From the NCBI RefSeq assembly GCF_964188315.1, contig NC_135655.1:41292001-41356000 (forward strand): DNA of 64,000 bases, in the 5' to 3' direction. This document shows positions 48,314 to 60,024 of the stretch, piece after piece; position 1 is the stretch's first letter, and each line of letters starts with the position of its first letter. The notes beneath the pieces are model-generated. The model saw nothing but the letters and a program-made list of their open reading frames with translations, searched no databases and was not told where the DNA came from. Both the position numbers and the translations under genes were made by a program. The DNA is from Podarcis muralis. Its lineage: Eukaryota.

Positions 48314-48755
48314 GTTGTTGTTGTTTAGTCGTTTAGTTGTGTCCGACTCTTTGTGACCCCATGGACCAGAGCACACCAGGCACTTCTGTCTTCCACTGCC
48401 TCCCGCAGTTTGGTCAAACTCATGCTGGTAGCTTTGAGAACACTGCCCAACCATCTCGTCCTCTGCCGTCCCCTTCTCCTTGTGCCCTCCATCTTTCTCA
48501 ACATCAGGGTCTTTTCCAGGGAGTCTTGCCTGGAAGACACCCCCTTCATGGATCACTCCCCTTCATGGATCACTGCCTTGCCGTGGCGAAGGGGCTTGAA
48601 TAACTCAGAGAAGCTATGAACTATGCTGAGCAGGGCACCCAAGATGGACAGGTCATAGTGGAGAGTTTTGACCAAACGTGATCCACCTGGAGCAGGAACT
48701 GGCAAGCCACTCCAGTATCCCTGCCAAGAAAACTCCATGGACAAAGACAACAGGC
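48314..48755. mobile_element. BovB (RTE) rearranged insertion: 3' end on minus strand (48314-48527) joined to 5'-region segment on plus strand (48528-48755)
   Basis: Minus-strand ORF SLEKTLMLRKMEGTRRRGRQRTRWL...AWCALVHGVTKSRTQLND plus (CAA)n tail. The plus segment matches my recollection of the BovB 5' region. 13-bp TSD ATTTGCAATATTT (48301-48313, 48756-48768). Confidence 0.85.
48558..48684 (+). ncRNA. Predicted HDV-like self-cleaving ribozyme
   Basis: P1 CCCCTTC/GAAGGGG, J1/2 AT, P2 GGATCAC/GTGATCC, P3 GCC/GGC around L3 TTGCCGT, long P4 and J4/2 CCAAA, in HDV nested-pseudoknot order. Confidence 0.6.
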
Positions 48756-49246
48756 ATTTGCAATATTTACAAGATGATAAATATGAAACAATTTCATAGT
48801 AGTATACAGCATCAAAGTGAAATGAAATAAAACAAATAACATGCAGTACCTGAAAATGACCAACATAAATGCTGCCAGAGGAAAAACTCTGAAAAGGTCT
48901 GCAAAAATGGAAAGGTTGTTAGGTATCTGGTGAAAAGCACAGTGCATTGTTGCCTGCTTAATTTCTATGGAAAGTGTGTTCCACATGACCATTGATGCAG
49001 CGGGACTTGCTTTCAAGTAAATATATAGGAAACATGTATGTGGTGGTGAAAAGGATATTGGTATCGTCAGTCTGGCAGCTTAGTTCTATGGGTGAATTTG
49101 CCTTACTTGCCTTGCCCAGGATTTATTGAACTCCTTCTCTTCCTTTGTTCTCCTTCCTTGGTTTACTTCATGCCCCACTACAGCTGTGGGGCAGGAACAA
49201 CAAGCTGCCTTGGATACAAGGGTTAGACTAACAATAAGACCAAAAG

Positions 49247-49247
<1 letters not shown>

Positions 49248-49282
<35 letters not shown>
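49248..49282. repeat. (TG)n microsatellite
   Basis: Direct reading. Confidence 0.95.
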
Positions 49283-49283
<1 letters not shown>

Positions 49284-51240
49284 GAAATGGGCCACAACTT
49301 TATTGATTGCAGAAGGCAAGCAGGGTTGGCATGGCATTGTTGCCCTAATCTGCTTTCCGTTTCGAACTCTGGTGTTTTGTTCAAACGAAATCATCTCAGC
49401 ATGCTTGCTGAGGAATGGCCACAGGAGTTGACCAGCAAAGTCCCAATGGCCATGCAACTAGGATCATGCTGGCAACTTGAGGTGACTGATGTCAGGTCCA
49501 CCTCTACCCAAGCTGTGGGCAGGAGCTGATGCATCACCTCAGAACCCCATATGGGAGTCCCCCCTGTCATATTTTAGATCCTGCCCAATGCCATTTCCAC
49601 CTCTGGAAGGGGGCACATGGTCCATTCACTGACAATCCCTACCTGTGTAGGTTAGTGCCAACAGTTCCCAATTGCGAGGGGGCAGTGGCTGGAGAGCATC
49701 TACCTTCCAGTTGAAACACCATATCACTAGGCTTCCTTTCCTCTCAGACCTCGCTACTCCATCTGTAGACCTGGTCCAGCTTTATCTCCTGGCATGCACC
49801 TATCCAGCCAAACCATCAAATTAAATGTCTGTGACCTAGCACTTGGAAATGTGAGTCATATTTACATATGATTGAGATATGATTGCTTTCAGTTAAAGGA
49901 TTGGTCTCTGTTTATTTGGTACAGAAAGGAATGATCTACATAGACCTAGTGAATGTAGCTATAAATTACCCTTGACATCTACCAAAGAGATACCTAACGA
50001 AGTAATCACATTCAGGTAAATTGTGAGCAACTCTGTATATTATTTTCCACAATTTATCTGAAGATTCACATCATTGTGAAGAAGAGTGGTGAGAAAGGGA
50101 AGAAAAGGAGTGGTTTGTGTGTTTAAACTTCTGCTCCATTCCAGAGCAGAGGTTTTGATGACCAAGAGACATGTTTGCACAACTGGCTGTAGAAAAGAGA
50201 TTAAGTTGGTAGGACAGAACACCGTTTTACCTGTAACCAAAGAGGGAGGGAAGGGGGAGCTGGGGTGCTTTCTAAAACATACTGAAGAGATTAGCCATAT
50301 GGTTGCATATATTTTTCCTGAGGAAAACCCACAAAACCTCTTTTATATTCTATTAGGCAGCTCAGGGCCTGGGAGGCTTCAAGTGCAGAAATAAAAAGTC
50401 ATGACAAAATACAGTGCAGCCTAGATGGGTAAACCATCTTAATGTTTCTTGGACCCGATGAGTTTCTGTAATGCATCTAGCATTTGAGTTACGATTAAGT
50501 CTGTTCTCCTTCTTGCAATAAAATTTCATACTAGATATTATATTACACTATACTAAACAGTCTTCCTTCCAATGGCCTGTCTCTCTACATTTTTTTAAAA
50601 TGAGAACAAAGGAGATGCATTAAAAAAAAACGCTTCTACTACTTCTTTACTTCATTTTGCATTTATCAGTGCTCTGAGTACTGGGAATATGCTTCTTTCC
50701 TATATCATGCAGTGATCTCTATTGATGTAAAATGAAGTGATAGTAGAATCCATGGAAGACAACATCTGGCGGGCCACAGGATTTCCATCCCTGTCTTAGG
50801 GTCTCCTCTTGCATTGACGTGCAGGCGAGGAAAGCCTGATCTTCAACCTTCTCTCTAGTGGCACCGTCCTTTTGGGATTTCTTCACTTAACAAGGTTTAT
50901 ATGTTAAGTTTCTGCGCGCCTCACCTTGAAAAGGATATGATAGAGTTGGGAAAGGTTCAGAATAGGGCAACCAAAATGATCAAGGGGATGGAGCGACTTC
51001 CCTTTCAGGAAAGCTTGCAGAGTTGGGGACTTCTTAGTTTAGAAAAAAGACAAGTAAGAGGTGACATGGTAGAAACTGGTAAAACAATGCACGGCATGGA
51101 GAAAGTGGACAGGGAGCAGTTTTCCCCCCTCATACCACTAGAACTTGTGGACTTCCAATGAAGCTGAATGCTGGAAGATTCGGGACAGGTGGAAGAAAGC
51201 TCTTTTTCACGTACTGCATAGTTAAACTAGGGAATTTGCT

Positions 51241-51375
51241 GTTACAGATAGGTAGCCGTGTTGGTCTGCCATAGTCAAAACAAAAAAAAAATTCCTTCCA
51301 GTAGCACCTTAAAGACCAACTAAGTTAGTTCTTGGTATGAGCTTTCGTGTGCATGCACACTTCTTCAGATACACT
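51241..51375 (-). mobile_element. Penelope-like pLTR fragment
   Basis: Same family as 26424; flanked by GAATTTGCT (51232-51240) and GAATTCGCT (51376-51384). Confidence 0.8.
51335..51372 (-). ncRNA. Minimal type-I hammerhead ribozyme, core intact
   Basis: GUAU-CUGAAGA-A-GUGUG(CAUG)CACAC-GAAA-GC-UC^AUAC: stem I GUAU/AUAC, palindromic stem II, loopless palindromic stem III AGCU. Confidence 0.75.
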
Positions 51376-52392
51376 GAATTCGCTGCCACTGGTCACCAAC
51401 CGAGATGGCTTGAAAAGAAGACAAATTCATGGAGCAGAGGGCTACCAGTGGCTCCTAGCCGTGATGGCTTTGCTCTGCCTTCACAGTTGGAGGCAGCAAT
51501 GCTTCTGAATGGCTGTTGCTGGAAACCACAGGAGGGAAGAGGGCTCTTGTGCTTTGATCCCGATTGTGGTTTCCCATGGGGATCTGGTTGGCCTCTGTGA
51601 GAACAGGGTGCTGGACTTGAAGGGCCATTGGCCTGACCCAGCAGGCTCTTTTTATGTTCATGTCTAGCATTCTTTCATAGCTTGGTTAAAAAACTTCCTG
51701 TTTAAGAAATGTTATGGATTGTTTGATATCTTTCTCTCTGTGCTTACTGCGCTTTTTATTCGCTTGGGTTGATTTAACTCTTCTTGTTTTGTTTTAAATG
51801 TGTTTTTATGTTTGCAAGCTGCTGTGAGTGCCTGTGTGAGACCAAAATATATTAAATCAAAATTTCTCATCACTAAATTGAATGGAGAGTACGAAAGGGG
51901 CATTCTTGAAACTGAAGCTACAGCTTATTGGTTCGGTCTGGAGAACATCAAGAGCGAAAGAAGGCTGCTGTACTTTTGTGACAAAGTGCCCAGTGTACAC
52001 ATGAGGGATGTAATGCGTATAGTTGGGATATGGACTGTTGTTTACACAGCAGGCTCAGGCATGGCAAACTTAATTCCACAGGAGAAATTGACTTGCTGGA
52101 TCAGGCTCTTTCTCCCTTTTTAGCACTTGTATGGTATGTTGAGACCAAAGAAAGCATATAGTTGAGGCCCATATGGTTGCTCCCATCACTCATCTTGCAC
52201 AGGTTGTGTTGAAAAGACACCAGTGACTAATGAATTTTTTTAAATCAAAAGCTCACATAGTCACTGGTAGATTCTTAGTGTTACAACTGGGTGAAACTCA
52301 GTGCCCATTTTGGTTTACAGAAGATGAAAAATCTACAGGTTTTTTTGTTTGTTTTTTACTCCATTTCAATTTGAGCATTGTATGCTGAACCA

Positions 52393-52750
52393 GGGACGCG
52401 GGTGGCGCTGTGGGTAAAAGCCTCAGTGCCTAGGGCTTGCCGATCGAAAGGTTGGCGGTTCGAATCCCCGTGGCGGGGTGCGCTCCCGTTGTTCGGTCCC
52501 AGCACCTGCCAACCTAGCAGTTCGAAAGCACCCCCGGGTGCAAGTAGATAAATAGGGACCGCTTACTAGCGGGAAGGTAAACGGTGTTCCGTGTGCGGCT
52601 CTGGCTCGCCAGAGCAGCGATGTCACGCTGGCCACGTGACCCGGAAGTGTCTCCGGACAGCGCTGGCCCCCGGCCTCTAGAGTGAGATGGGCGCACAACC
52701 CTAGAGTCTGTCAAGACTGGCCCGTACGGGCAGGGGTACCTTTAACTTTT
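52393..52750 (+). mobile_element. Sauria SINE, variant subfamily (as 39100)
   Basis: 12-bp TSD TATGCTGAACCA (52381-52392, 52751-52762). Confidence 0.92.
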
Positions 52751-54346
52751 TATGCTGAACCAACAGGAGGAATGGATCTGCTTTTTATGGAGCCGATGAA
52801 GGCTTTAGATATCAGGGCAATTTTCTAATTTTTGTAGGGAAAAGAGAAACGTAGAGTGGCATCCAATGAATATGTAGCCTAGCCAGCAAACTCCTTCTTG
52901 GCCAGAATCTGAATTCAACAGTTTTAGATGTCAAAACCAATCGTAATTCAACGTTAAAAGCTTTGGGCACTATGTCCTCCAGGTACTTATTTCTTAGCTA
53001 AAAACCAGATCTTCCAAAAGATAATAAAAACATTTGTTGCTTTGGAAAGTACTTGATGGGCCCTCCAAAATCTTGAACTGTGGTGCAATCATAAACTTTA
53101 TCTAATACACAGCTACTTACTCAGTTTCCAAAACCACAAAACAAAATCTATTAATTATACAGTCACATTTTGTTCACACAATACTTATAAGCCTGGTGCT
53201 ATTTAGAAATTTGCTTTAAAAAATTAGTTAAGGCTGCTTGTCTCGGTGAGCTATTTGGGTTGCAGATTATTGTGAGAGATGCTTTCGATTAGTGTGAAAC
53301 ATGATGTGGCAAGTGTATATAATTCAGCGAAACACCTTAAAACCCTGAAGGAAAAGGTTTCCTAAATACACCATAAATATATCAGGGACACAGACTGAGA
53401 AAATCTTGTGGTTATGCAAGAGGAAATTTCATGTACTTTTACATGGTCATTAAAATCCATCTCCTCTTGCTCATTTCTTGAACTATTCCTTTTACCAGTA
53501 TGATGGGTTTGAGTTACCAGACAGGTATCCTCTTGCTTCTTGTGGAAGTAGAGCTCCCCTAGTTCCAGCAAATTTAATTCAGTCTGAAAGCTCTCAACTG
53601 CTCACAGCAGGTGCTTGGCTCCTCTCTAGATCCCTCATTGGCTTTCTTTTCATGAGATGATGGAAACCAGGTAAAAGAAGAACATTAATTCACACACTGA
53701 CTAAGCTGAGTAAATAACTGAAGGGAAGGTCTTCATGGTTCAGTCAGCTGCTAGAGGAAGTGATGAAACTAATTCCACAAGCACCACTTCCTCTGGCTGA
53801 AGAGACCCAACAAAATATATAGGAAGGACTATGTTTTGTAAGCTCAGGTGCATGCGGAGTTTAGCACATGGCAAAGACGTTGTATGATAATTTTACTTTA
53901 TTGCTGTAAATTTAGCTCACAACTTTGTTACTGCGTAGTTACAGCGCAGTAAACATGGTGCAGTTTGATATGAACAAGAAATGAAGCAACATCATGTCAC
54001 ATTCACAATATGCTAGTATTTCTTCCATATACTAATCTTGCCCCTCTTTAATGGCATTCTTCTTTCAGTGGGTCATGAGTACACTAGGCTGAGGCTTTAA
54101 GAGTGCAACTATGGGGGGAAATATTATATAGAAAAAACATGACTCTCCCCATCCTTGACACCTTACTGTTGAACTACCTTGTGTTTTGACAGTCTCCATA
54201 TTGCATTCATTGAACTTCTGCCTTTTGCAGTGCAATACGTTGACGTAGGAAGCTTTAAGCAGACAATTTTCTGCTCAGGAACACTCCATTGTACTATGAC
54301 TACTAATTTTCCTATATTGTCAGTGCAGCTGGTTAAATTTTTATTT

Positions 54347-54944
54347 TTATTTTTTTCCAAAAATTTTTATTGCAGTTTCAATTACAAAGTCAGAAATATA
54401 AGAAATATAAAAAAAGAAAAGAAGCAAAGAAAGAAAAGAGAAACAATCCAACTTTCGAAAACATTTTTACATTATCAACTGGACTTCCCCACATCTCCCA
54501 CACCCTGCGTTCTTAACAATAAACATATCAGCAAATTATCACCTTGTCTCATACCTTATTTGTATCTTTCAAATGTTATGCTTCTGGATTTAAAATACTT
54601 TTTATCAATTACTTATACCTTAAAATAAACATATTGTAGTTTTAAATTTCAACTTTTTCTTGCTTGTAACTTAATTTCCTGTTCGCTAAATCTAGTTGCC
54701 GAAGCTAGAATTTCCAAATCATGCAGATTCTTAACATTCATACAACTTATAATGTTTTTGTAAATAGTCCTTAAACTTTTTCCAGTCCTCTTCCGTTATT
54801 TCTTCGCCCAAATCCCGAATTCTGCCCGTAATTTCAGCCAGTTCCATATAGTCCATCAGTTGCGTCTGCCACTCTTCCAGTGTGGGAAGATCTTGTGTCT
54901 TCCAATATTTTGCAATGAGTATTCTTGCTGCTGTAGTTGCATAC
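54347..54944 (-). mobile_element. L1-clade LINE short 3' fragment
   Basis: Minus translation YATTAARILIAKYWKTQDLPTLEEWQTQLMDYMELAEITGRIRD...EC* is homologous to the other two L1 ends. 16-bp TSD GGTTAAATTTTTATTT (54331-54346, 54945-54960). Confidence 0.88.
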
Positions 54945-55200
54945 GGTTAAATTTTTATTTATTTATGCTATTTCTAGATTGTCCATCAACTAAAGTCCAC
55001 TCAGTGGTTTACAGAAGGAAATAAAATTCACAGATACACACACTGTACACTCATGGAACATTACATGTGAGTAACCGTATCAGTGTACAGCTCAACTATT
55101 TGTGTATATAGGTACGCAGACTGTATACTCATTAAATGTAATGTGTGACACCCCTATTACCAGAACCAGGCCTTGTTAAATGTAGAAAGAACACAAATTG

Positions 55201-55377
55201 GCAGGGGAATCCTGTGCAGGTTTACTCATAAGTAAGTTCCACTGTATTCCATGAGACTTACTCCCAGACTAGTGTGAATTGCAGCCATGCAATGCAACCC
55301 TCTGGAGGTTTACTCAAAAGTAAGTCTCAATCTGTTCAATGGTGCTTACTCCCAGGAAAGTGTGCCTAGAATTACAA
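55201..55377. mobile_element. Two tandem old palindromic MITE-like units (TTTACTCA.AAGTAAG family)
   Basis: AATCCT..CAGGTTTACTCATAAGTAAG...CTTACTCCCAG occurs twice; single relics near 1513, 48200 and 58590. Confidence 0.55.
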
Positions 55378-56262
55378 AAAGTGAAAAGATCATAAAATTA
55401 CTTACAGCCAAATTCAGTCAGTCAGATTTTTATTGTTTATAACCAACAGCTAATCAACAAGTAATCAACTCTTTCATACAAGTAATCAACTCTTTCATAC
55501 AAACCCCTGTACATGTGTCGTCATAACACGCACCTGTGTTCATTGTAATTTGTGAACAAACCTAGTGTTTCTTCTAAGTTGGGGCAGTTTCATGGAAAAT
55601 TTGCCTTCATTAGTCCTGCTGTATTGTGCAAGAGCACAATTCAAAAGGACTTGCATAGAAGAACTTTCCAGGGAATTGTACTCATCACGAAGGTTAAGAT
55701 TTGTGCCAGGAAAAGCATGTAAAATGTCAAAAGAGGACAGCCTGCCTCTGCTTCTGATTTTTCTTCTTCTTGATACACACACCCTGAAGCTGTTTTTAAT
55801 TATCTTACGTGTAAAGCGCCTTGAGATGGTTGTTTAGAAGGTGATTAATAAATGATAATAACAATAAATGTGTAAATATCAGAAAGGCAAACCGAAGAGA
55901 TGGGTTAATTCTCACATTATGAGGTTCATTATTTAAGATGTTGTCTTGGTTAATTCTATCTGCTTCCCATCAGTCATGTGGATCCAGAAAAAGCAAGAAG
56001 CGCTCCAGGATAGCCCAGAGAAAATGAAAAGTTGGAATGAGCTTTGCACTTCATTCAACAGTTTTTTGTTTGTTTGTTTGTTTTTGCAGTCAGTATCTAA
56101 GTTCATTGACCAATGGAGGGGGAAATCAGACTCTCTTTCTGTAGTGTCTTTGGCTCCCGAGTGATAATGAGAATTTTAAGAAAGGGAAGGAAAAACCCTA
56201 CAATTTGTTTATGCCAGTAAAATAAATGATAACAGCTTGTGGAAATAAGGGAGCAGAGATGA

Positions 56263-56325
56263 AAGAGAAAAGAAAAGAAAAGAAGAGAAAAGAAAAGAAA
56301 AGAAAATAAAAGAAAATAAAAGAAC
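56263..56325. repeat. (GAAAA)n simple repeat
   Basis: Direct reading. Confidence 0.9.
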
Positions 56326-56864
56326 AATCCTTTCCATGAGTTATATCTATTCTGGGGTTTTAAAAAGCATTTTCAAGGGCTCTCCAGAAATCATTCTTAC
56401 TGGGTTTTTGGTGTGATGACAAATACAGAACATAGTAATTCTGAAACACCTGCCCCTCCTTACACCCGATTAGTGATATCAGGTACTACTTTAACAAAAA
56501 TGTCTCTTTTCAGTCAATACAGGAAAGCAGAGTGTACGAAATGTAATGTCCCACGAATGCCATGAATGACCATCTTATCCCTTTTCAGTATATCCAGCAT
56601 GGACAGGAAGCATTTTATCTTATCTTTAAGTCCAGTTTCATTAGTGTATTAAATAAATGGCAACCACACCATATAGAATTTCCCTGGCTTCTCTTTTCCT
56701 TTTTTCACTTTCAAATCATGAGTTTTTTTCTCCGCAATGGCTAATCACAATTCATACCAGAAAGCCAACAGGAATAGGATCAGTAAGCCTTTAGCTTAAT
56801 GTCAACATTGGATTGCACTGAGACAGACAATATGGACAATTGGAATGAGAAAACCATGGGTTCC

Positions 56865-57908
56865 GCTGCAATATCGCCAACTACATGAGGTATTCAAAGA
56901 AGATAATAAGAAAGGATTCAGTTATACAACATCTAGATTTCAAAGAGAAATTATAGGTGATAATACCAAACTTTTGAAGAAAGTGTATAATATATTATTA
57001 GAATGGGAAACCAAAAATGAGCTTAAATGTGTAATGATAAGTGGGCACAAGATTTAGGACATAATATACAACTGGAAGATTGGGAAAAATTATGGAAAGT
57101 GAATTTAAAATTTACTGATTGTGTATTGTTAAAAGAGAACTACATGAAAATGATGTACAGATGGTATATTACACCTGCAAAAATAGCCGAAATGTACGGA
57201 ACAGCCTCCTATAAGTGTTGGAAGTGTAAAGAAAAAGAAGGCACGTTTTTTCATATGTGGTGGAATTGCAAAACGATTAAAAATTATTGGGATATGATTT
57301 ATAATTGATCAAAAAATGTTTAAGATCACTTTTGTAAAAAGACCAAAAGCTTTCTTACTAGGCACTGTAGGTCAAGATTTGCCAAAAGAGAAGAAGAAAC
57401 TTCTCACGTATGCTACAACTGCGGTGAGGATATTGTTAGCCCAAAAATGGAAAAGCGACGAAATTCCAACTAAAGAAGAATGGCAAGGAAAGCTGATGGA
57501 ATATGCTGAAATGGCAAAACTGATGGGAAGACTTAGAGATAAAGACAACACAGACTTTAAAAAAGAATGGGAACCATTCATGTTGTATATACAGAAACAA
57601 TGTGAAGAGATGGACTCACTAGCAGGGTTTGAGTAAACACTCACAATCAACTAAAACAAATGTAGAAACTGCAAAGAGGATGTTAAATAAGACAAGAGTA
57701 TAACAACAAGTAATATAGAGAACTCAGTATTAAGATAAAACAAAGGAAGAAGGAGAAGTTATTATGCAAAAAACCAGAAAAGGAAGTTGAGCGAAGGCAT
57801 GGGGGAGGGGGGAAAGGGGGGGGTCTGTATTTTGTTTGTTATGTGATATATTGTCAGTATGATAAAAATGTAAAATTCAATAAAAACTATTTTAAAAAGA
57901 AAGAAAGA
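56865..57908 (+). mobile_element. L1-clade LINE, 5'-truncated, frameshifted ORF2 C-terminus
   Basis: ORFs 56845, 57027 and 57316 join into an ORF2 end with CWKC..HMWWNC. AATAAA and A-rich tail; 18-bp TSD GAGAAAACCATG(G/A)GTTCC (56847-56864, 57909-57926). Confidence 0.9.
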
Positions 57909-58911
57909 GAGAAAACCATGAGTTCCAGAATTATTTTAGATATATCAGAGAGTACCAGCCTTCGGAAGGCCTGTGCTACTGGGAAGCCCCAATAAAGATG
58001 ATGATAACTCCGCTTACTTCCACATCTTCACCAACCACAATGCTTTGATCCCATATGACATATGAGCAAGTTGGTCTGGTGTCCAACATCACTTGCGTGC
58101 TACCTTTATAGTGTTCTCTCTAATACATGAAGAAATTTCAAAATCTTTGATACATGATCATGTGAGCCATACATTAGCCAAAAACAAATAATAAACACGA
58201 CAGTTGGGCTGAACTTTTTTTGAGAATTTAAACCAGATAAACAGCCGTACCATAATTGGAATCAAAGAAGCTAAACTGCTGAACCCATTTAATAAGAGAT
58301 TTAATAAGAGATTAGGGCATTAAGTACTTCAAGGAACACACAGGATGTCAATAATAGCCCTGCTAACCTATTCACTCAAACATTTTTAAGCTCTTACTAA
58401 ACGTTTTCAAGAATGCGAGGGCTGCATGACTGCAAGAATCTGGAAATAAGTTTGACATTTTTACTGGCTCATGCTCTGAAATGTTGGCTTTTTAGGTTTC
58501 TAAAGTTCATTCGCTTTTGGTAAGCAGAGTGGAACAGAACAATAAACTATAAACTGCTCATATAAAGTTATTGTGTCTCAGTTCAATCTTACACACGTCT
58601 GTTCAAAAGTAAGTCCCATTGAGTTTACTGAGGTTACTGGTCACTCCCTGGAAACTGGGTACAGGATTACAACCTCAATGGAGTTTGGTTTCAAAGAAAG
58701 GACAGAAGAGAGATGCTATGGAACAGTTTGTTATTTTAAAAAATGTTGTAGGTAGGGTAGCCAATTATGCATCACCAGAAAATAAGACATGTATGTACAT
58801 AAACTTTGCACATACCAATTTAGATCTATAAATGCACATTTAGAATTAATAAAACTTTATTGTTTAAAGTCATTGGCCACCACATTTGGAAATAATTGCT
58901 ATCATTTAAAT

Positions 58912-59044
58912 CAGGGTAGCCCAGGTACCAAGTGGGTCACAAGAATACTTCAACATGGAACCCACGGGCCACACACAGCTGCTTACCTGACTTTGGGAAG
59001 GCAGTGTGAAGGCTGGGGGTGGGCCACACTTTGGACCCCCCCTG
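58912..59044. mobile_element. Degenerate hAT MITE
   Basis: CAGGG...CCCTG ends; perfect 8-bp TSD ATTTAAAT (58904-58911, 59045-59052). Confidence 0.65.
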
Positions 59045-59460
59045 ATTTAAATGGAAGTGCAGAACATCTCACCAAAGTAAAGAAGGCTCTGACGGGGTAC
59101 ACTTTTTATAGATCTCGTGACTGAGCAGTGACAAGGCTTGGATAGACCTTGCCTTTGAAAAACTTGTATTGTTTTACAGGTCTATGCCTCTGTTAGTGTT
59201 CAGTGGATAAACATGTGGTCTGTCTACAACTGAACCTGTCATGCAGACATATTTCTGCTCACCATTGAAATCCTCAATTCTTTCCTTGGCTTCCTTCATC
59301 TCTTCTAGACCTTAATTAATTACACCACTGCTACGTTTAAGTTCACAGCTCCCTCCTCACTATACCCCCCTTCCTATAAGCAAAATAAGTATTACAACAT
59401 TGCGTTACTTTGCCAAGCTTTTGTAACTCACAATCTCTCAGCCCCTCAAATATGGGTATA

Positions 59461-59798
59461 AGGTAAAGGGACCCCTGACCATTAGGTCCAGTTGTGGCCG
59501 ACTCTGGGATTGCGGCACTCATCTCACTTTATTGGTCGAGGGAGCCGGCGTACAGCTACTGGGTCATGTGGTCAGCATGACCAAGCCACTTCTGGGGAAC
59601 CAGAGAAGCGCACGGAAACACCTTTTACCTTCCTGCCAGAGTGGTACCTATTTATCTACTTGCACTTTGACGTGCTTTCAAACTGCTAGGTTGGCAGGAG
59701 CAGACACCGAGCAACAGGAGCTCACCCCGTCATGGGGATTCAAACCGCCGACCTTCTGATCGGCAAGTCCTAGGCTTTGTGGTTTAACCCACAGAGCC
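59461..59798 (-). mobile_element. Sauria SINE
   Basis: Reverse complement matches the other copies. Confidence 0.9.
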
Positions 59799-59849
59799 AA
59801 GTGACTTTAATTGCATTGGCATTAACAAAGCAATTAAAACAAATAATCT

Positions 59850-59931
59850 GTGATCATTGGCCATGCTGGCTGGGGCTGATGGGAACTGACTTCCAACAAC
59901 TTTTGAAATACTACAGGTTCCCCATGCCTGG
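59850..59931. mobile_element. Right half of a palindromic hAT-like MITE
   Basis: CATTGGCCATGCTGGCTGGGGCTGATGGGA...CAGGTTCCCCATGCCTG. Confidence 0.55.
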
Positions 59932-60024
59932 TCTAGTTAATAGTATTTCACTCAAGCCTTCTCCCTTTTCTAACTGGCTAGGTCAGCTTTACGAAATGTC
60001 AGTCACTGCTGTGACAAAGCGTGT

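Larger units (their letters stand above)
50905..51662 (+). mobile_element. CR1 LINE 3' portion, split by a Penelope insertion
   Basis: ORF 50901..51161 reads PHLEKDMIELGKVQNRATKMIKGMERL...FSLEKR-like..RGDM, a CR1 ORF2 C-terminus. The 3' UTR resumes at 51376 and ends CAGCAGGCTCTTTTTATGTTCATG. Confidence 0.85.

Noticed and set aside
50846-50864. CTCF-like CCACTAGA on the minus strand
   Set aside because: Lacks the downstream GGC of the core motif.
55457-55502. 21-bp tandem duplication (also a 13-bp one at ~36361 and a 12-bp one at ~18842)
   Set aside because: Ordinary slippage-type duplications with no further structure.
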